In this document: piece by piece, positions 24,874 through 25,482 of the stretch | How the letters are laid out: each line of letters starts with the position of its first letter | Numbering within the stretch: the stretch's first letter is position 1 | Source of the DNA: a virus | Lineage: Duplodnaviria > Caudoviricetes | Strand: one strand, 5' to 3' | IMG/VR virus record: IMGVR_UViG_3300028610_000547 | Span: 1-25,482 of that record | Length of the DNA: 25,482 bases | Program-made: the position numbers and the translations under genes | The notes under the pieces: model-generated | What the model was told of the DNA's origin: nothing | The model's input: the letters and a program-made list of their open reading frames with translations, nothing else | The model's database searches: none

Positions 24874-25482
24874 TGGTTGGATTCAAAATTAAAGCTAACA
24901 TAGATATCTCTAAGCTGAAGAGTGTTCTTCAAAAGAAACAGAATCTAATCCAAAAGAATATAGTTGGCGTCTTAAAAAAGGAAGCTGTTCCTTTTCTGAT
25001 AGAGAGAATTATGGTTGGTTTTGATAGTCTAGCAGAGAGAGCAGATATGCTTCCAGAAGATCCTACAAACCCTGGTAATTGGAGAGCAGAGTTTTTAAAC
25101 AAGCTGGAGGAAGATTTGGCACGAAATTTTGTCGTAGCGGGGGGTAGGATTACGATTAGATTAGGAGATAAAGACTTTCTTGGTTATGATCCTTCAGGAG
25201 AAGTGGATTCTAATGATACTGAACCTCTACACTGGATGGTCTTCTATATCGAAGGTCTTATTGGAGACTGGGCATTTGTTAGTCCTGAAAACTATACTCG
25301 TTTGAATAGAGGAAGCAAGTACAAGCCGGGTTGGGGCCGTTTTGATCAGGGATTTATGGTGAGCCGTCAAGATTATGAGGAACAGGGGTGGGGTAGAGTC
25401 CTCCCATTTTCTCAGTTGCGCCATCCCTTCTCTGGGTTTTCCCCCTTGGATATATTTGCAGAGGCCCTTAGAGAATTCAAAC
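24873..25482 (+). CDS. partial CDS running off the window, probable neck/tail-completion protein
   Basis: TAATG overlap; MVGFKIKANIDISKLK... open with no stop to the window end; absent from the ORF track. Confidence 0.75.
   Translation, partial: MVGFKIKANIDISKLKSVLQKKQNLIQKNIVGVLKKEAVPFLIERIMVGFDSLAERADMLPEDPTNPGNWRAEFLNKLEEDLARNFVVAGGRITIRLGDKDFLGYDPSGEVDSNDTEPLHWMVFYIEGLIGDWAFVSPENYTRLNRGSKYKPGWGRFDQGFMVSRQDYEEQGWGRVLPFSQLRHPFSGFSPLDIFAEALREFK

Noticed and set aside
397-25424. Minus-strand and nested alternative-frame ORFs (for example 12609-13163, 13507-14013, 19333-19794, 21381-21893, 21865-22086)
   Set aside because: They shadow well-supported + strand genes or structured spacers and show no recognisable motifs
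1-25482. Stop-codon reassignment as in some large phages
   Set aside because: Conserved genes are intact under code 11, and TAG, TGA and TAA all end genes right before the next RBS
1-25482. CRISPR array, tRNA genes, integrase or transposase
   Set aside because: No regularly spaced identical repeats, cloverleaf with T-loop, or recombinase motifs were found by eye

Overview
A co-oriented (+ strand), densely packed segment of a large tailed-phage (Caudoviricetes) genome using the standard genetic code. The left part (76-8802) holds accessory and nucleotide-metabolism genes: an FAD-dependent oxidoreductase, a GNAT acetyltransferase, thyA, a dNMP kinase, many small Cys-motif proteins, an Ig-like protein, a NusG/RfaH paralog behind a near-consensus sigma70 promoter, and a NUMOD3 protein. 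The right part (8875-25482) is the packaging and head module: putative TerS, TerL, portal, a large modular Cys-repeat protein, a holin-like membrane protein, prohead protease, duplicated 70-aa genes flanking a stand-alone receiver domain, scaffold, decoration protein, major capsid protein and head-completion genes. The most notable signal is two candidate -1 programmed frameshifts at GAA AAA AAA (EKK), just before the stop codons of the Cys-repeat protein (15662-15670) and the prohead protease (17986-17995). Each joins a downstream ORF that lacks a good start of its own. At the first site the -1 frame continues the same C-x12-C repeat and has an SD, slippery heptamer, spacer and stem-loop layout. 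Recurrent E/D-x-A-A/S motifs at module boundaries suggest the head proteins are processed as polyproteins. All calls come from motif reading by eye; no searches were run.
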